This document shows, in pieces, positions 9,867-20,194 of a stretch of DNA of 64,000 bases (position 1 is its first letter; each line of letters begins with the position of its first letter). Under the pieces are notes generated by a model. It did not search any database. It was not told the DNA's origin and saw only the letters and a list, made by a program, of their open reading frames with translations. The stretch lies in the NCBI GenBank assembly GCA_965203485.1, contig OZ241892.1:1312001-1376000 (forward strand), in the 5' to 3' direction. Position numbers and translations under genes: made by a program. The stretch comes from Longimicrobiales bacterium (GTDB lineage Bacteria > Gemmatimonadota > Gemmatimonadetes > Longimicrobiales > Gaopeijiaceae).

Positions 9867-11332
9867 TTCAGCCAGCCCACCAGACGCTTCAGCGCCCGCC
9901 CGGAGCGGCTCTCGAGCTTGGCGCGCATGAACTCGTTCGACACGCGCTTCACGCTCTCGGCCATGGTGGGGTAGGGGAAGATCGTCTGCGCCACCCGCCC
10001 CAGCGGTATCCGGTTCTGGCGCGCCACGAGGATGGGCGCGAGGAGCTCGCCCGCCCCCTTGGCCACGATCGTCGCGCCCAGGATGCGGCCCCTGCGGTCC
10101 GCCGACACCTTCGCGAACCCTGCGGCCGTGCCGTCCGCGACGGCGCGGTCCAGGCCGGCGAGGTCGTACCGGTAGACGGTTCCGCCCGCGGCTTCGGCCT
10201 CCTCGGCGCCCAGTCCCACATGGGCGATTTCGGGATCGGAGTACGTCACGCGCGGCACGGCGTCCCAGTTCGCCTTCGCCTTGAAGGGCAACGCCGCGTT
10301 GCGGAGCGCCGTCTTGGCCATGTGCTCGGCCGCATGCGTGAACTGGGGACCCCCCGTCACGTCGCCCGCGGCCCACACGGTCCCCGCTGTCGTGCGCAGC
10401 CGCGCGTCGACGCGCACGCCGCCCCGCCGCGTCTCGATGCCGGCGGCCTCCAGGCCCAGCCCTCCGATGCGCGGACGGCGGCCCGTCGCCACCAGGATCC
10501 GGTCCGCGGCCAGCTCGCTCTCGGCGCCGCCACGGCGCTCGAGCCCTCGCCGCCCCCCGGCGCCCTCTCCCTTCGTCTCGGCCAGCACGACGATCCTCCG
10601 TCCGTCCTCCGCGCGCCGCACTCGCGCCGCCGTCGTTCCCGCGAGAACGTCGATTCCCTCCGCGGCCAGGACGCCGACCAGGTGCGCCGCCGCGTCCGCG
10701 TCCTCGCCGCCCAGGACCGTCTCCGCCGCCTCCAGGATCGTCACGCGGGTCCCGAGCCGCGAAAACGTCTGCGCCAGCTCCACCCCGACCGGACCGCCCC
10801 CCAGCACGATCAGCGACGCGGGCAGCTCGTTCTGGTCGAAGACCGTCTCGTAGGTCCAGAAGCCCGCATCCTCCAGCCCCGGCACCGGCGGCGACCACGG
10901 CTCGGCTCCCGTTGCGAGCACGAACCGCCTGGAGCGCAGCAGGCCCGCGCCCTCGACTTCCAACGTCGAAGCGTCCCTGAACCGCGCAACGCCGAAGTGC
11001 ACGGCGACTCCCATCTCCCGAAACCGCTCCGGATCGTCGTGCCGGGCCACCGTCGCCCGGGCGGCCCGCATCCGCTCCATCACCGCCTTCAGCCCGTGGC
11101 CGCCCGCCGGCGCCGCCCGCAACCCGAGATCGCCCGCCTCCTCCATCCGGCGCGCCAGCCGGGCCGAGGCGATCAGCGCCTTCGACGGCACGCACCCCGT
11201 CCACAGGCAGTCCCCGCCGAGCCGGTCGCGCTCGACGATGGCCGCCCGCAACCCCAGGTAGGCCGCTCCTGCCGCCGAGACCAGCCCCCCGACGCCCCCG
11301 CCCACCGCGACCAAGTCGTAGACCTGCGTCAA
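9863..11332 (-). CDS. Class I pyridine nucleotide-disulfide oxidoreductase (MerA/Lpd-like)
   Basis: [43 protein letters not shown] start assumed. Confidence 0.88.
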   Translation of the reverse strand: MTQVYDLVAVGGGVGGLVSAAGAAYLGLRAAIVERDRLGGDCLWTGCVPSKALIASARLARRMEEAGDLGLRAAPAGGHGLKAVMERMRAARATVARHDDPERFREMGVAVHFGVARFRDASTLEVEGAGLLRSRRFVLATGAEPWSPPVPGLEDAGFWTYETVFDQNELPASLIVLGGGPVGVELAQTFSRLGTRVTILEAAETVLGGEDADAAAHLVGVLAAEGIDVLAGTTAARVRRAEDGRRIVVLAETKGEGAGGRRGLERRGGAESELAADRILVATGRRPRIGGLGLEAAGIETRRGGVRVDARLRTTAGTVWAAGDVTGGPQFTHAAEHMAKTALRNAALPFKAKANWDAVPRVTYSDPEIAHVGLGAEEAEAAGGTVYRYDLAGLDRAVADGTAAGFAKVSADRRGRILGATIVAKGAGELLAPILVARQNRIPLGRVAQTIFPYPTMAESVKRVSNEFMRAKLESRSGRALKRLVGWLK

Positions 11333-11582
11333 GACGGGTCCGATCTGGCCATGTTCGCGTCCCGCGCCTGGAGATACGTTCGAATGGTTCGGTGCGGCGG
11401 CGGCCCGCCGAGCAACCTCGCAGGCGCCACGTTGCGCATCAATCTGTCCGTCCGCCGGGCCGCGGGCCAGGAGCGGCCGCCTCCGGCTTCGCTCTTCGGC
11501 CCTATTTCGCGTTATATTCGGTTTGTCGCGACCGAGGCCCCACATCAACCCACTGCCCTCGAAGGGAGTCCGCAGCCAGCAC

Positions 11583-12683
<1,101 letters not shown>

Positions 12684-12882
12684 CGAGAGAGGGGCGCCGG
12701 CGGCGGGGGCCGGGGCGGCGGGCAGGGGGCGGCTCGAGACCCGGCGGGGCGCGCTATTCAGACGCTAGGTTCTTGGGGGTGCGCTCGCGGGCAGCCGGTG
12801 GACGGCTCCGCTTCGCGGGTGCGCCCACGCCTTCGCCGCCCGTCGCCCGCTTGCCGCTCCAGCCGGGCCTTCGTCCCCAGCG

Positions 12883-15615
12883 ATGAAATCCACCGAAATC
12901 CGCCAGCGATTCCTGGCCTTCTTCGGCGCACGCGGCCACGAAGCCAGGCCGAGCGGCCCGCTGGTGCCGGCCGGCGACCCGACGCTCCTGTTCACGAACG
13001 CGGGCATGGTGCAGTTCAAGGACGCGTTTCTCGGCGCCGTCCAGTTGCCCTTCCGGCGGGCGGTCACATCCCAGAAGTGCGTGCGCGCCGGCGGGAAGCA
13101 CAACGACCTGGAGGAGGTCGGACGCACGGCCCGGCACCACACCTTCTTCGAGATGCTCGGCAACTTCTCGTTCGGCGACTACTTCAAGCGAGAGGCCATC
13201 GAGTACGCCTGGGAGTTTCTGACCGGCGAGCTGGGCTTGGAGCCGGGACGCTTGTTCGTCACCGTCCACCGCACCGACGACGAGGCCGCCCGGTTGTGGA
13301 CCGAGGTCGCGGGCGTGCCGCCGGAGCGCGTGCACCGCCTGAGCGACGCCGACAACTTCTGGCAGATGGCCGACACGGGGCCGTGCGGTCCCTGCTCCGA
13401 AGTCCATTACGACCTCCGTCCCGCGGCCGGGCGGGGAAGCCCGCCGGGCACCGAGGAGTTCGAACGGCGCGTGACGGCCGGCGAGTTCCTGGAGCTCTGG
13501 AACTTGGTCTTCATGCAGTTCGACCGGGACGAGAGCGGCGCCAAGACGCCCCTGCCCGCACCCAGCATCGACACGGGCGCGGGCCTCGAGCGCCTGTGCG
13601 CGGTGCTGCAGGACGTGGACACGAACTACCACACCGACCTCTTCATGCCCCTGCTGGACGAGGCCGCCCGTGTCGTGGGACGCCCCTACCGCGCCGGGGA
13701 GCCCGACGGCGTCTCGTACCGGGTGCTCGCCGACCATGCCCGCGCGACGGCATTTCTGCTGGCGGACGGAGTGCTTCCGTCGAACGAAGGGCGCGGCTAC
13801 GTGCTCCGCCGCATTCTTCGCCGCGGCGTCCGCCACGCGTGGCTCCTGGGCCGGCGCGAGCCGACGCTCTCCCCGGTCGCCGCAACCGTGATCGAACTCA
13901 TGCAGGAAGCGTATCCGGAACTCGCCGCCCGGCGGGGGCCCGCGCTTGCCGCCGCCGAGTCCGAGGAAGAGCGCTTCCTGGCCACGATCGGCGGCGGGCT
14001 GGAGCGGCTCGACCGGGTGGCCCCGGCGGGCGGGCCCGCGAGCCCTCGGGCCAGGCCGGGCGATCTGGCCCCGGAGGCGCCGGACCGCTCGGTCGTACCC
14101 GGGGCCGAAGTCTTCCGGCTCTACGACACGTTCGGCTTTCCGCCCGATCTGACCCGGTTGCTCGCCGAGGAGCGGGGGTACGACGTGGACATGACGGGGT
14201 TCCAGCGCGAGCTGGACGCGCAACGCGAGCGCTCGAGGGCCGACCGGCGGCGCAAGGGGCCGGGGACGGGCGGGGGAGGTGGAACGGGCGCGGGCGGAGA
14301 ACCGGCGGAGTGGTTGCGGCCGCCGGGCGAAGCGAAGCAGACGTTCGTCGGCTACGAGGAGCTTCGGGTGGAGACGCGGGTGGCGGCGGCGACCGCGGGC
14401 GGAGACGGCGGGGAGATCGTGGGCCTCGTCCTCGAGAGCAATCCGTTCTACGCCGAGGGAGGCGGGCAGGTGTCCGACCGCGGCGCGATCTCGGGCGAAG
14501 GATGGAGGATGGAGGTCGACGCGGTGACGCAGCAGGACGGCGCCGTGGCGGCGTGGGGACGTCCCAGCGGCGACTTTCCGGGCTGCGGCGCGCTGGGAGC
14601 CCGGGCGCTTGCCGAAGTGGACGAGGACGACCGTCGGCGCACGCAACGCAACCACACTGCGACTCATCTTCTCCATGCGGCTCTGAAGCAGTCGCTGGGC
14701 GAGCACGTCGCGCAGCGCGGATCGCGGGTCGAGCCCCGTCGCCTGCGCTTCGACTTCGCCCATTCGGCGCCTCTGAGCGGCGGCGAATTGGCCGAGGTGC
14801 AAGCCGCCGTCAACGATGCCGTCTGGGCCGGCCTTTCCGTGCGCGCGACGGTACGCGACCGGGAAGAGGCCGTGGCCGCGGGCGCGACCGCGCTGTTCGG
14901 CGAGAAGTACGCGGGCCGCGTGCGCGTCGTCGAGGTGCCCGGCGTGAGCATGGAGCTCTGCGGGGGCACGCACGTCCGCAACACGGGCGAGATCGGCCTG
15001 CTGGCGATCACCTCGGAGAGCGGCGTGGCGGCCGGAACGAGGCGCGTCGAAGCCGTGACGGCGGACGCGGCGCACCGGTACTTGGCCAGCTACAAGGGAC
15101 GCATCGAGTCGCTGGCCGCGTCGATGAAGACGCCGGCAGGCGACGTGGAGCGGCGGGTCGCCCAGCTGGTTGCCGAGGTCTCGGAGCTTCGGAGACTCGT
15201 CGAAGCGCAGGCCCGCGACGGCGCGCAGCCGCCCGAAGTGCTGGCCGAGTCTTCGTTTGATGCAGGGGGGCGGGCGGCGGCCTACAAGGGCGTTCGCATG
15301 AGGGTGCGCGGCGCGGGCGAGGTGAGGAGCTGGGGCGACGCGTTCCGGGAGTCCGGCGCGGCGGAGGTCGCGGTGGTCGCGGCCGAGATGCCCGGCGGGA
15401 AGTGGTCGCTGTTCGCGTTCGCCACGCCCCAGGCCGTGGACGCGGGACTGCGGGCGGACGAGGTCGTGCGCGAAGTTGCGGCCGCGGCCGGGGGCCGTGG
15501 CGGCGGCAAGGCGCACCTGGCCCAGGCGGGCGTGGGCGATCCGGGCAAGGTGGACGAGGCGGTGCGGCAGGGTGCGGAGCGGGTACGGCGAATGGCGGCG
15601 GCGGGCGGCGGATGA
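12883..15615 (+). CDS. alaS: Alanine-tRNA ligase
   Basis: LLFTNAGMVQFK, HHTFFEMLGNFSFGDYFK, HTATHLLH, ELCGGTH, GGRGGG. Confidence 0.98.
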   Translation: MKSTEIRQRFLAFFGARGHEARPSGPLVPAGDPTLLFTNAGMVQFKDAFLGAVQLPFRRAVTSQKCVRAGGKHNDLEEVGRTARHHTFFEMLGNFSFGDYFKREAIEYAWEFLTGELGLEPGRLFVTVHRTDDEAARLWTEVAGVPPERVHRLSDADNFWQMADTGPCGPCSEVHYDLRPAAGRGSPPGTEEFERRVTAGEFLELWNLVFMQFDRDESGAKTPLPAPSIDTGAGLERLCAVLQDVDTNYHTDLFMPLLDEAARVVGRPYRAGEPDGVSYRVLADHARATAFLLADGVLPSNEGRGYVLRRILRRGVRHAWLLGRREPTLSPVAATVIELMQEAYPELAARRGPALAAAESEEERFLATIGGGLERLDRVAPAGGPASPRARPGDLAPEAPDRSVVPGAEVFRLYDTFGFPPDLTRLLAEERGYDVDMTGFQRELDAQRERSRADRRRKGPGTGGGGGTGAGGEPAEWLRPPGEAKQTFVGYEELRVETRVAAATAGGDGGEIVGLVLESNPFYAEGGGQVSDRGAISGEGWRMEVDAVTQQDGAVAAWGRPSGDFPGCGALGARALAEVDEDDRRRTQRNHTATHLLHAALKQSLGEHVAQRGSRVEPRRLRFDFAHSAPLSGGELAEVQAAVNDAVWAGLSVRATVRDREEAVAAGATALFGEKYAGRVRVVEVPGVSMELCGGTHVRNTGEIGLLAITSESGVAAGTRRVEAVTADAAHRYLASYKGRIESLAASMKTPAGDVERRVAQLVAEVSELRRLVEAQARDGAQPPEVLAESSFDAGGRAAAYKGVRMRVRGAGEVRSWGDAFRESGAAEVAVVAAEMPGGKWSLFAFATPQAVDAGLRADEVVREVAAAAGGRGGGKAHLAQAGVGDPGKVDEAVRQGAERVRRMAAAGGG

Positions 15616-15959
15616 AGATCGCCGAGTGGGTGGACGCCCAGACGCCCGCCGTGCCGGAGAGCTTCCGGCCGCGCCTGGATGCGGACGGCCCGGCTTCCGC
15701 CGAAGGCTTCGCGGCGGCCGCGGCGGCCGGGCTGAAGGCGGCGCTCGAGTGCGGCCCGGCCGACCGGCGAGGCGCGCACGTGCTCCTGGCCGCGGACGCC
15801 TACGTCACGTGGGCGTGCGCCCTCGCGCTGAGCGAAGAGGACGTGCCGGCTGCGCTGGCCGGAGTTGCGGACGCATTGCGGCAGTGGGAGGAGCGCGACG
15901 GCGCCGAAGACGGCGAGCGCGGTTTCGCGCATTCGGTTGCCGCGCCGGAGCGGCCGTGA
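15612..15959 (+). CDS. Small hypothetical protein
   Basis: ATGA/GTGA overlaps at both ends; LLAADAYVTWA helical core. Confidence 0.65.
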   Translation: MKIAEWVDAQTPAVPESFRPRLDADGPASAEGFAAAAAAGLKAALECGPADRRGAHVLLAADAYVTWACALALSEEDVPAALAGVADALRQWEERDGAEDGERGFAHSVAAPERP

Positions 15960-17059
15960 GCGGCGCGAGCGCGGCCGCCGGCTACGGCGATTTCCACAAC
16001 CACCTGGTGCCCGGCGTGGACGACGGCGCGCCGACGATGGCCGACGCGCTCCATTCCGTGGACCGCATGGTCGCCGCCGGCGTGCGCCGAATCGTGGCGA
16101 CTCCCCACCTGCCTGCGTCGCTCGCGCGGACGCGGTTCCGCTTCGAGGCGTTCGCGGGACTCGTCGAAGAGCGCGGGACGGCCTTGCGCGAAGCGGTGGC
16201 CCGGAAGCACCCGGGACTGGACTTTCGCCTCGGCGCCGAACTCCGCCTGGACACGCCCGAGCCGGACGCGTCGGACGCGAGGACGAGGCTGGGCGGCACG
16301 TCGTTCGTCCTGGTGGAGTGGGCGGGCTTTCGGGCGCCGTCGGAGCCGCGGTCCGTGCTCGAGGCGATCGCCGGCCAGGGCTTCCGCCCGGTGGTCGCCC
16401 ACCCCGAACGCTATGCCGGAGTCGACGAGGGCCTGGAATCGGTGCGCGCCTGGAAGGACGCGGGGGCGCTCCTGCAAGGGACCTGGGGATCGCTGGTCGG
16501 CCAGTACGGCTCCAGGGCGCGAATGCTGGTCCGGCGAATGCTGGAGGAAGGACTGCTGGACTACCTTTCGTCGGACTTCCACGGCCGCCCCCAATATGCG
16601 CTTCACGTCGAGAGCGCGGCCGACAAGCTGCGCCGGCTCGGCGGCGGCCGGCAGCTCGACCTGCTGGGCAAGGAGAATCCGGCTCGTCTCTTCTCCGACC
16701 AGGCGCCGATGCCGGTGCCGCCGCTTCCAGCGGAGCGGCCGCTCGCAGGGGCGCCGGACCACGCGGGCGCCGGTCCTGCCGAACGCGTCTTCCCGCGTCG
16801 CCCTGGAGGCGCCGCCGGCCCGCGCGGGCGCAAAGATCCACGCCTTGCACTCGCAACGCAACGTCCGACAGATTCTCGGACAGAATCCACCTATAATCTG
16901 TCGCGGGTCCGACATGCCGGTCCACGCGCCCTCCGGGCAGGCCTGCGAAGCGAAGACGGGGCGGTGACCGCCCTCGCCGCTCCGCCGCCGAAGCGGATTT
17001 CCGGACAGATTCCTCGACAGAATGTCACAGGAATCTGTCAGGGCGGAACAGCCGCCTGA
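15956..17059 (+). CDS. PHP-family tyrosine-protein phosphatase (CpsB/CapC/YwqE-like) with C-terminal extension
   Basis: DFHNHLVPGVDDGA, ATPH, AHPERY, SSDFH, ENPARL. Confidence 0.85.
   Translation: MSGASAAAGYGDFHNHLVPGVDDGAPTMADALHSVDRMVAAGVRRIVATPHLPASLARTRFRFEAFAGLVEERGTALREAVARKHPGLDFRLGAELRLDTPEPDASDARTRLGGTSFVLVEWAGFRAPSEPRSVLEAIAGQGFRPVVAHPERYAGVDEGLESVRAWKDAGALLQGTWGSLVGQYGSRARMLVRRMLEEGLLDYLSSDFHGRPQYALHVESAADKLRRLGGGRQLDLLGKENPARLFSDQAPMPVPPLPAERPLAGAPDHAGAGPAERVFPRRPGGAAGPRGRKDPRLALATQRPTDSRTESTYNLSRVRHAGPRALRAGLRSEDGAVTALAAPPPKRISGQIPRQNVTGICQGGTAA
16867..17039. repeat. Two copies of a 36-bp motif GACAGATTC-N3-GACAGAAT-N8-AATCTGTC
   Basis: Copies at 16867-16902 and 17004-17039; outer boxes form an inverted repeat; spacer lengths identical but sequences differ. 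Confidence 0.8.
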
Positions 17060-17076
17060 GCCGGGAGACGAGATTC

Positions 17077-17706
17077 ATGACCGCACTCGCTGTCGAACGC
17101 GCCCCCTCCGGCGAGCAGGATCGTCCCGGCGTGTCGACGGCCGACTTCGTGGCCGCGCGGCTGACCGACCTCGCGGAGCTGGCCCGCGCGGTGGCCGACG
17201 CGCAGGCGGCGGACGTCGCCGAGTACGCGAAGCGGGCGGCCCAGACGGTGGAGGCGGGGGGCAAGCTGTTGTTCTGCGGCAACGGCGGCTCCGCGGCGGA
17301 CGCCCAGCACTTGGCGGCGGAATGCGTCGTGCGCTTGTCGCGCGACCGCCGCGCCCTCCCCGCGTTGGCGCTCACGACCGACACGTCGGTCCTGACGGCG
17401 TGCGCGAACGACTTGGGCTACGAGACGGTCTTCGCGCGCCAAGTGGAAGCGCTGGGCCGGCCCGGCGATCTTCTCGTCCTGCATTCGACGTCCGGGAATT
17501 CGACGAACCTCCTGCGCGCCGTGGACGCGGCGCAGGCCGCGGGCGTCGCCACGGTAGGCGTCCTTGCAGGCGACGGAGGACGGCTTCGTTCCATGGTGGA
17601 CTTGGCAATCGTCGTGGACACCGGCGACCCGGCGCGGGCCCAGGAGATGCACCTCGCCATTGGCCATGTCGTGTGCAGCCACCTGGAGCGAAGGGCGGTC
17701 AAGTGA
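17077..17706 (+). CDS. gmhA: D-sedoheptulose 7-phosphate isomerase
   Basis: CGNGGSAADAQHLAAE, ANDLG, STSGNS, QEMH. Confidence 0.93.
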   Translation: MTALAVERAPSGEQDRPGVSTADFVAARLTDLAELARAVADAQAADVAEYAKRAAQTVEAGGKLLFCGNGGSAADAQHLAAECVVRLSRDRRALPALALTTDTSVLTACANDLGYETVFARQVEALGRPGDLLVLHSTSGNSTNLLRAVDAAQAAGVATVGVLAGDGGRLRSMVDLAIVVDTGDPARAQEMHLAIGHVVCSHLERRAVK

Positions 17707-18596
17707 CGACGGAGAGTCGAGACGGGGGGAACCGAGCTGCGCGGATGCATCCGTCGGGCGGCGCGGCGGGAGACGGCGACCGTGCTCCAGGAGGGACATC
17801 GGACCGGGCGGCGCGGGCGCGGAGTTCGGCCGCCGGGACCGAGCTGGGCCTCGCGGGCAAGAGGGCGCTGGTCACGGGCGCATCCAGAGGCGTCGGCGCG
17901 GCGGCCGCGCGCCTGCTGGCCCGCCTGGGCGCCGACGCGGGGCTGTCGTGCCGCACCCGGCTGGGCGATGCGGAGAGGGTCGCCGCAGAAGCGCGAGGGC
18001 TGGGCGTTCGCGCCTGGGCCGAAGCCGGCGACTTGTCGGACCCGGACGCCGTGGACCGCCTGTTCGCCAGGGCGGACGCCGAGTTCGACGGCCTGGACTT
18101 CTTCGTCGGCGCCGCCGGCATCTGGCCCGTCGCCGACGTCCCCCTCGCTGAAATGGGGGCGTCCCGGTGGCGCCGGACGATCGCGGCAAACCTGAACGCC
18201 GTCTTCCACACCACGCGCGAAGCCTTGCGCCGCATGGCGCCCGGCGGCCGCGTGGTGCTGGTGTCGTCCACCGCGTCCCAGCGGGGCGAAGCGGGTCATG
18301 CCGACTACGCGGCCAGCAAGGGCGCCGTCAACGCGCTGGTCAAGAGCGTGTGCGTCGAAGCGGGCAGGCGGGGAATCACGGTCAACGCGGTCGCGCCGGG
18401 CTGGATCGACACCGACATGTCGCGCGACGTGCTGCACAGCGGCGCGCGCGCCGCCATCGAAGCGGCCATTCCGCTCGGCCGCGTCGCAACCGCCACGGAC
18501 GTTGCGGGCACGATCGCGTTCTTGTGCTCTTCCTGGGCGCGCCACGTCACGGGCGAGATCCTCAACGTCAACGGCGGAGCGGTCCTCGCTGGGTGA
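17703..18596 (+). CDS. SDR family oxidoreductase (FabG-like)
   Basis: TGASRGVG, YAASK, NAVAPGWIDTDM, VTGEILNVNGG; start uncertain. Confidence 0.9.
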   Translation: MTTESRDGGNRAARMHPSGGAAGDGDRAPGGTSDRAARARSSAAGTELGLAGKRALVTGASRGVGAAAARLLARLGADAGLSCRTRLGDAERVAAEARGLGVRAWAEAGDLSDPDAVDRLFARADAEFDGLDFFVGAAGIWPVADVPLAEMGASRWRRTIAANLNAVFHTTREALRRMAPGGRVVLVSSTASQRGEAGHADYAASKGAVNALVKSVCVEAGRRGITVNAVAPGWIDTDMSRDVLHSGARAAIEAAIPLGRVATATDVAGTIAFLCSSWARHVTGEILNVNGGAVLAG

Positions 18597-18916
18597 GACG
18601 CCTGCGCCGCGGGACCGCTCGCGGGCGGGTCCGCGCACCGGAATCCCCGCGCGGACGGGCCGGTTTGGGCGAGCGACCGCGTCAGGTTGCCCTCGCGTGG
18701 TCGGCGGCGCCCTCCAGGCTCCGCGTTCCGGGGTCAATGCCTTGCCCCACGCGCGCGGCGGTGCGCCGCTCGGCGCCGTGGCGGTTCGGTGAGCAACCGG
18801 TCCTGCAGGACCGCATTGCGGTCGGCTGGGCGCCGGGGCGGTTCACCGAACGGCCGCGTGGTTGGACCAAGCGAATCGCCGCGCGTGCACGTCGCGCCGG
18901 GCATGCCGCCAGCTCG

Positions 18917-20194
18917 GTGAGCTTCCGCGTCCGGGCGCCCCGGCCGGTCCGCCGGATCGTCGAACGGCTCGAAGAGGCCGGCTTCGAGACGTGGACGGTC
19001 GGCGGGGCCGTGCGAGACTCGGCGCTGGGCAGGTTGCCGACAGGGCCGATCGTGTGGGACCTGGCCACCGCGGCCCGGCCGGAGCAAGTGCGGGGCCTCT
19101 TCCGCCGCACCGTGCCGCTCGGCGTCGAGTACGGGACCGTCGGCGTGTTCGGCTTCGACGGAATCCTCCACGAAGTGACCACCTTCCGCCGCGACGTGGC
19201 CACGTTCGGCCGCAAGGCCGTGGTGGAGTTCGGCCGCAGCCTCGGCGACGACCTGGCGCGCCGCGACTTCACGATGAACGCCCTGGCTTGGCACCCACTG
19301 CGCCGCGAGCTGCGCGATCCGCACGGCGGCCGCGCCGACATGGAGGCCGGCGTGCTTCGGGCCGTGGGCGACCCGTCCACGCGGTTTCGCGAAGACTACC
19401 TTCGCATTCTCCGCGGCTTTCGCTTCGCCGGCGCCCTGGGCTTGCGCGTCGAGTCCGCCACCTGGGCCGGCATTGTCGAGGCCGTGCCTGGGCTCGCCCA
19501 CCTGTCGATGGAGCGCGTTCGCGAGGAGCTGGCCAAGGCGCTGGCCGGCCCGGCGCCGTCCCGCGCGCTCGCCCTCTACCAAGAGTCGGGCGCGCTGGAA
19601 CAGTTGCTGCCCGAGCTCGACGGCGACGCCGTGCCTGCCGCCCTGGGAGCCGTGGACGCCGCGGCCGACCGTCTCGCCGTCCGCCTGGCCATCCTGCTGC
19701 TCCATGGCTTGGCCGAGCGCTCCAGCCCGGCGAAGACCGCCGCCGAGCTGCTTCGGCGCCTCCGCTTCTCCAAGGCCGAGATCAAGCGCGCATGCGCCGC
19801 GATGGCCGGCGGCCCGGCCCCGCCCGAGAGCATCCGCGCCGGCGCCGTGGCCCGCCGCCGATGGGCCGCTGAAATCGGGCCCACGGGAGTCCGGGACGTC
19901 GCCCGCGTTTGGTTCGCCGGCCTGCGCGCTGGCTCGGAGTCTCCCGGGGCGCTGGAAGTCGTCCGCCGAGTGCGGCGCGACCTCCATGCCGGCGTGCCCA
20001 TGTCGGTGCACGAGCTGGCCATTGGCGGCGGAGATCTCGTGGCGGCCGGCTGGCCCCCAAGCCCCGCCGTCGGACGCGCGCTGTCGCGCCTGCTCGAGGC
20101 CGTTTGGGAGACGCCGTCCGCCAACGAGCCTTCGCGCCTGTTGCGCCTGGCCGCCGACATGCGCCCGGCCTGGCCGGCCAGCCACCGGCGATGA
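18917..20194 (+). CDS. Class II CCA tRNA nucleotidyltransferase-like protein (first catalytic Asp absent)
   Basis: VGGAVRD, EVTTFRRD, RRDFTMNA, FREDYLR, LSMER; motif A reads VWD rather than DxD. Confidence 0.85.
   Translation: MSFRVRAPRPVRRIVERLEEAGFETWTVGGAVRDSALGRLPTGPIVWDLATAARPEQVRGLFRRTVPLGVEYGTVGVFGFDGILHEVTTFRRDVATFGRKAVVEFGRSLGDDLARRDFTMNALAWHPLRRELRDPHGGRADMEAGVLRAVGDPSTRFREDYLRILRGFRFAGALGLRVESATWAGIVEAVPGLAHLSMERVREELAKALAGPAPSRALALYQESGALEQLLPELDGDAVPAALGAVDAAADRLAVRLAILLLHGLAERSSPAKTAAELLRRLRFSKAEIKRACAAMAGGPAPPESIRAGAVARRRWAAEIGPTGVRDVARVWFAGLRAGSESPGALEVVRRVRRDLHAGVPMSVHELAIGGGDLVAAGWPPSPAVGRALSRLLEAVWETPSANEPSRLLRLAADMRPAWPASHRR

Noticed and set aside
9863..11332. merA mercury resistance
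   Set aside because: No C-terminal Cys pair and no merR/T/P genes.
11378..11390. GTTC-N5-GTTC as an alphaproteobacterial SOS box
   Set aside because: Spacing should be 7 and the site is far from the recA start.
12690..12750. G-tract cluster after recA as a G-quadruplex or terminator
   Set aside because: G-runs are common at this GC content; no stem plus U-tract.
16867..17039. 36-bp repeats as a mini CRISPR array, pho boxes or DnaA boxes
   Set aside because: Only two copies with variable interiors, a 101-bp gap and no cas genes; CTGTC period is 12 rather than 11; no good TTATCCACA matches.
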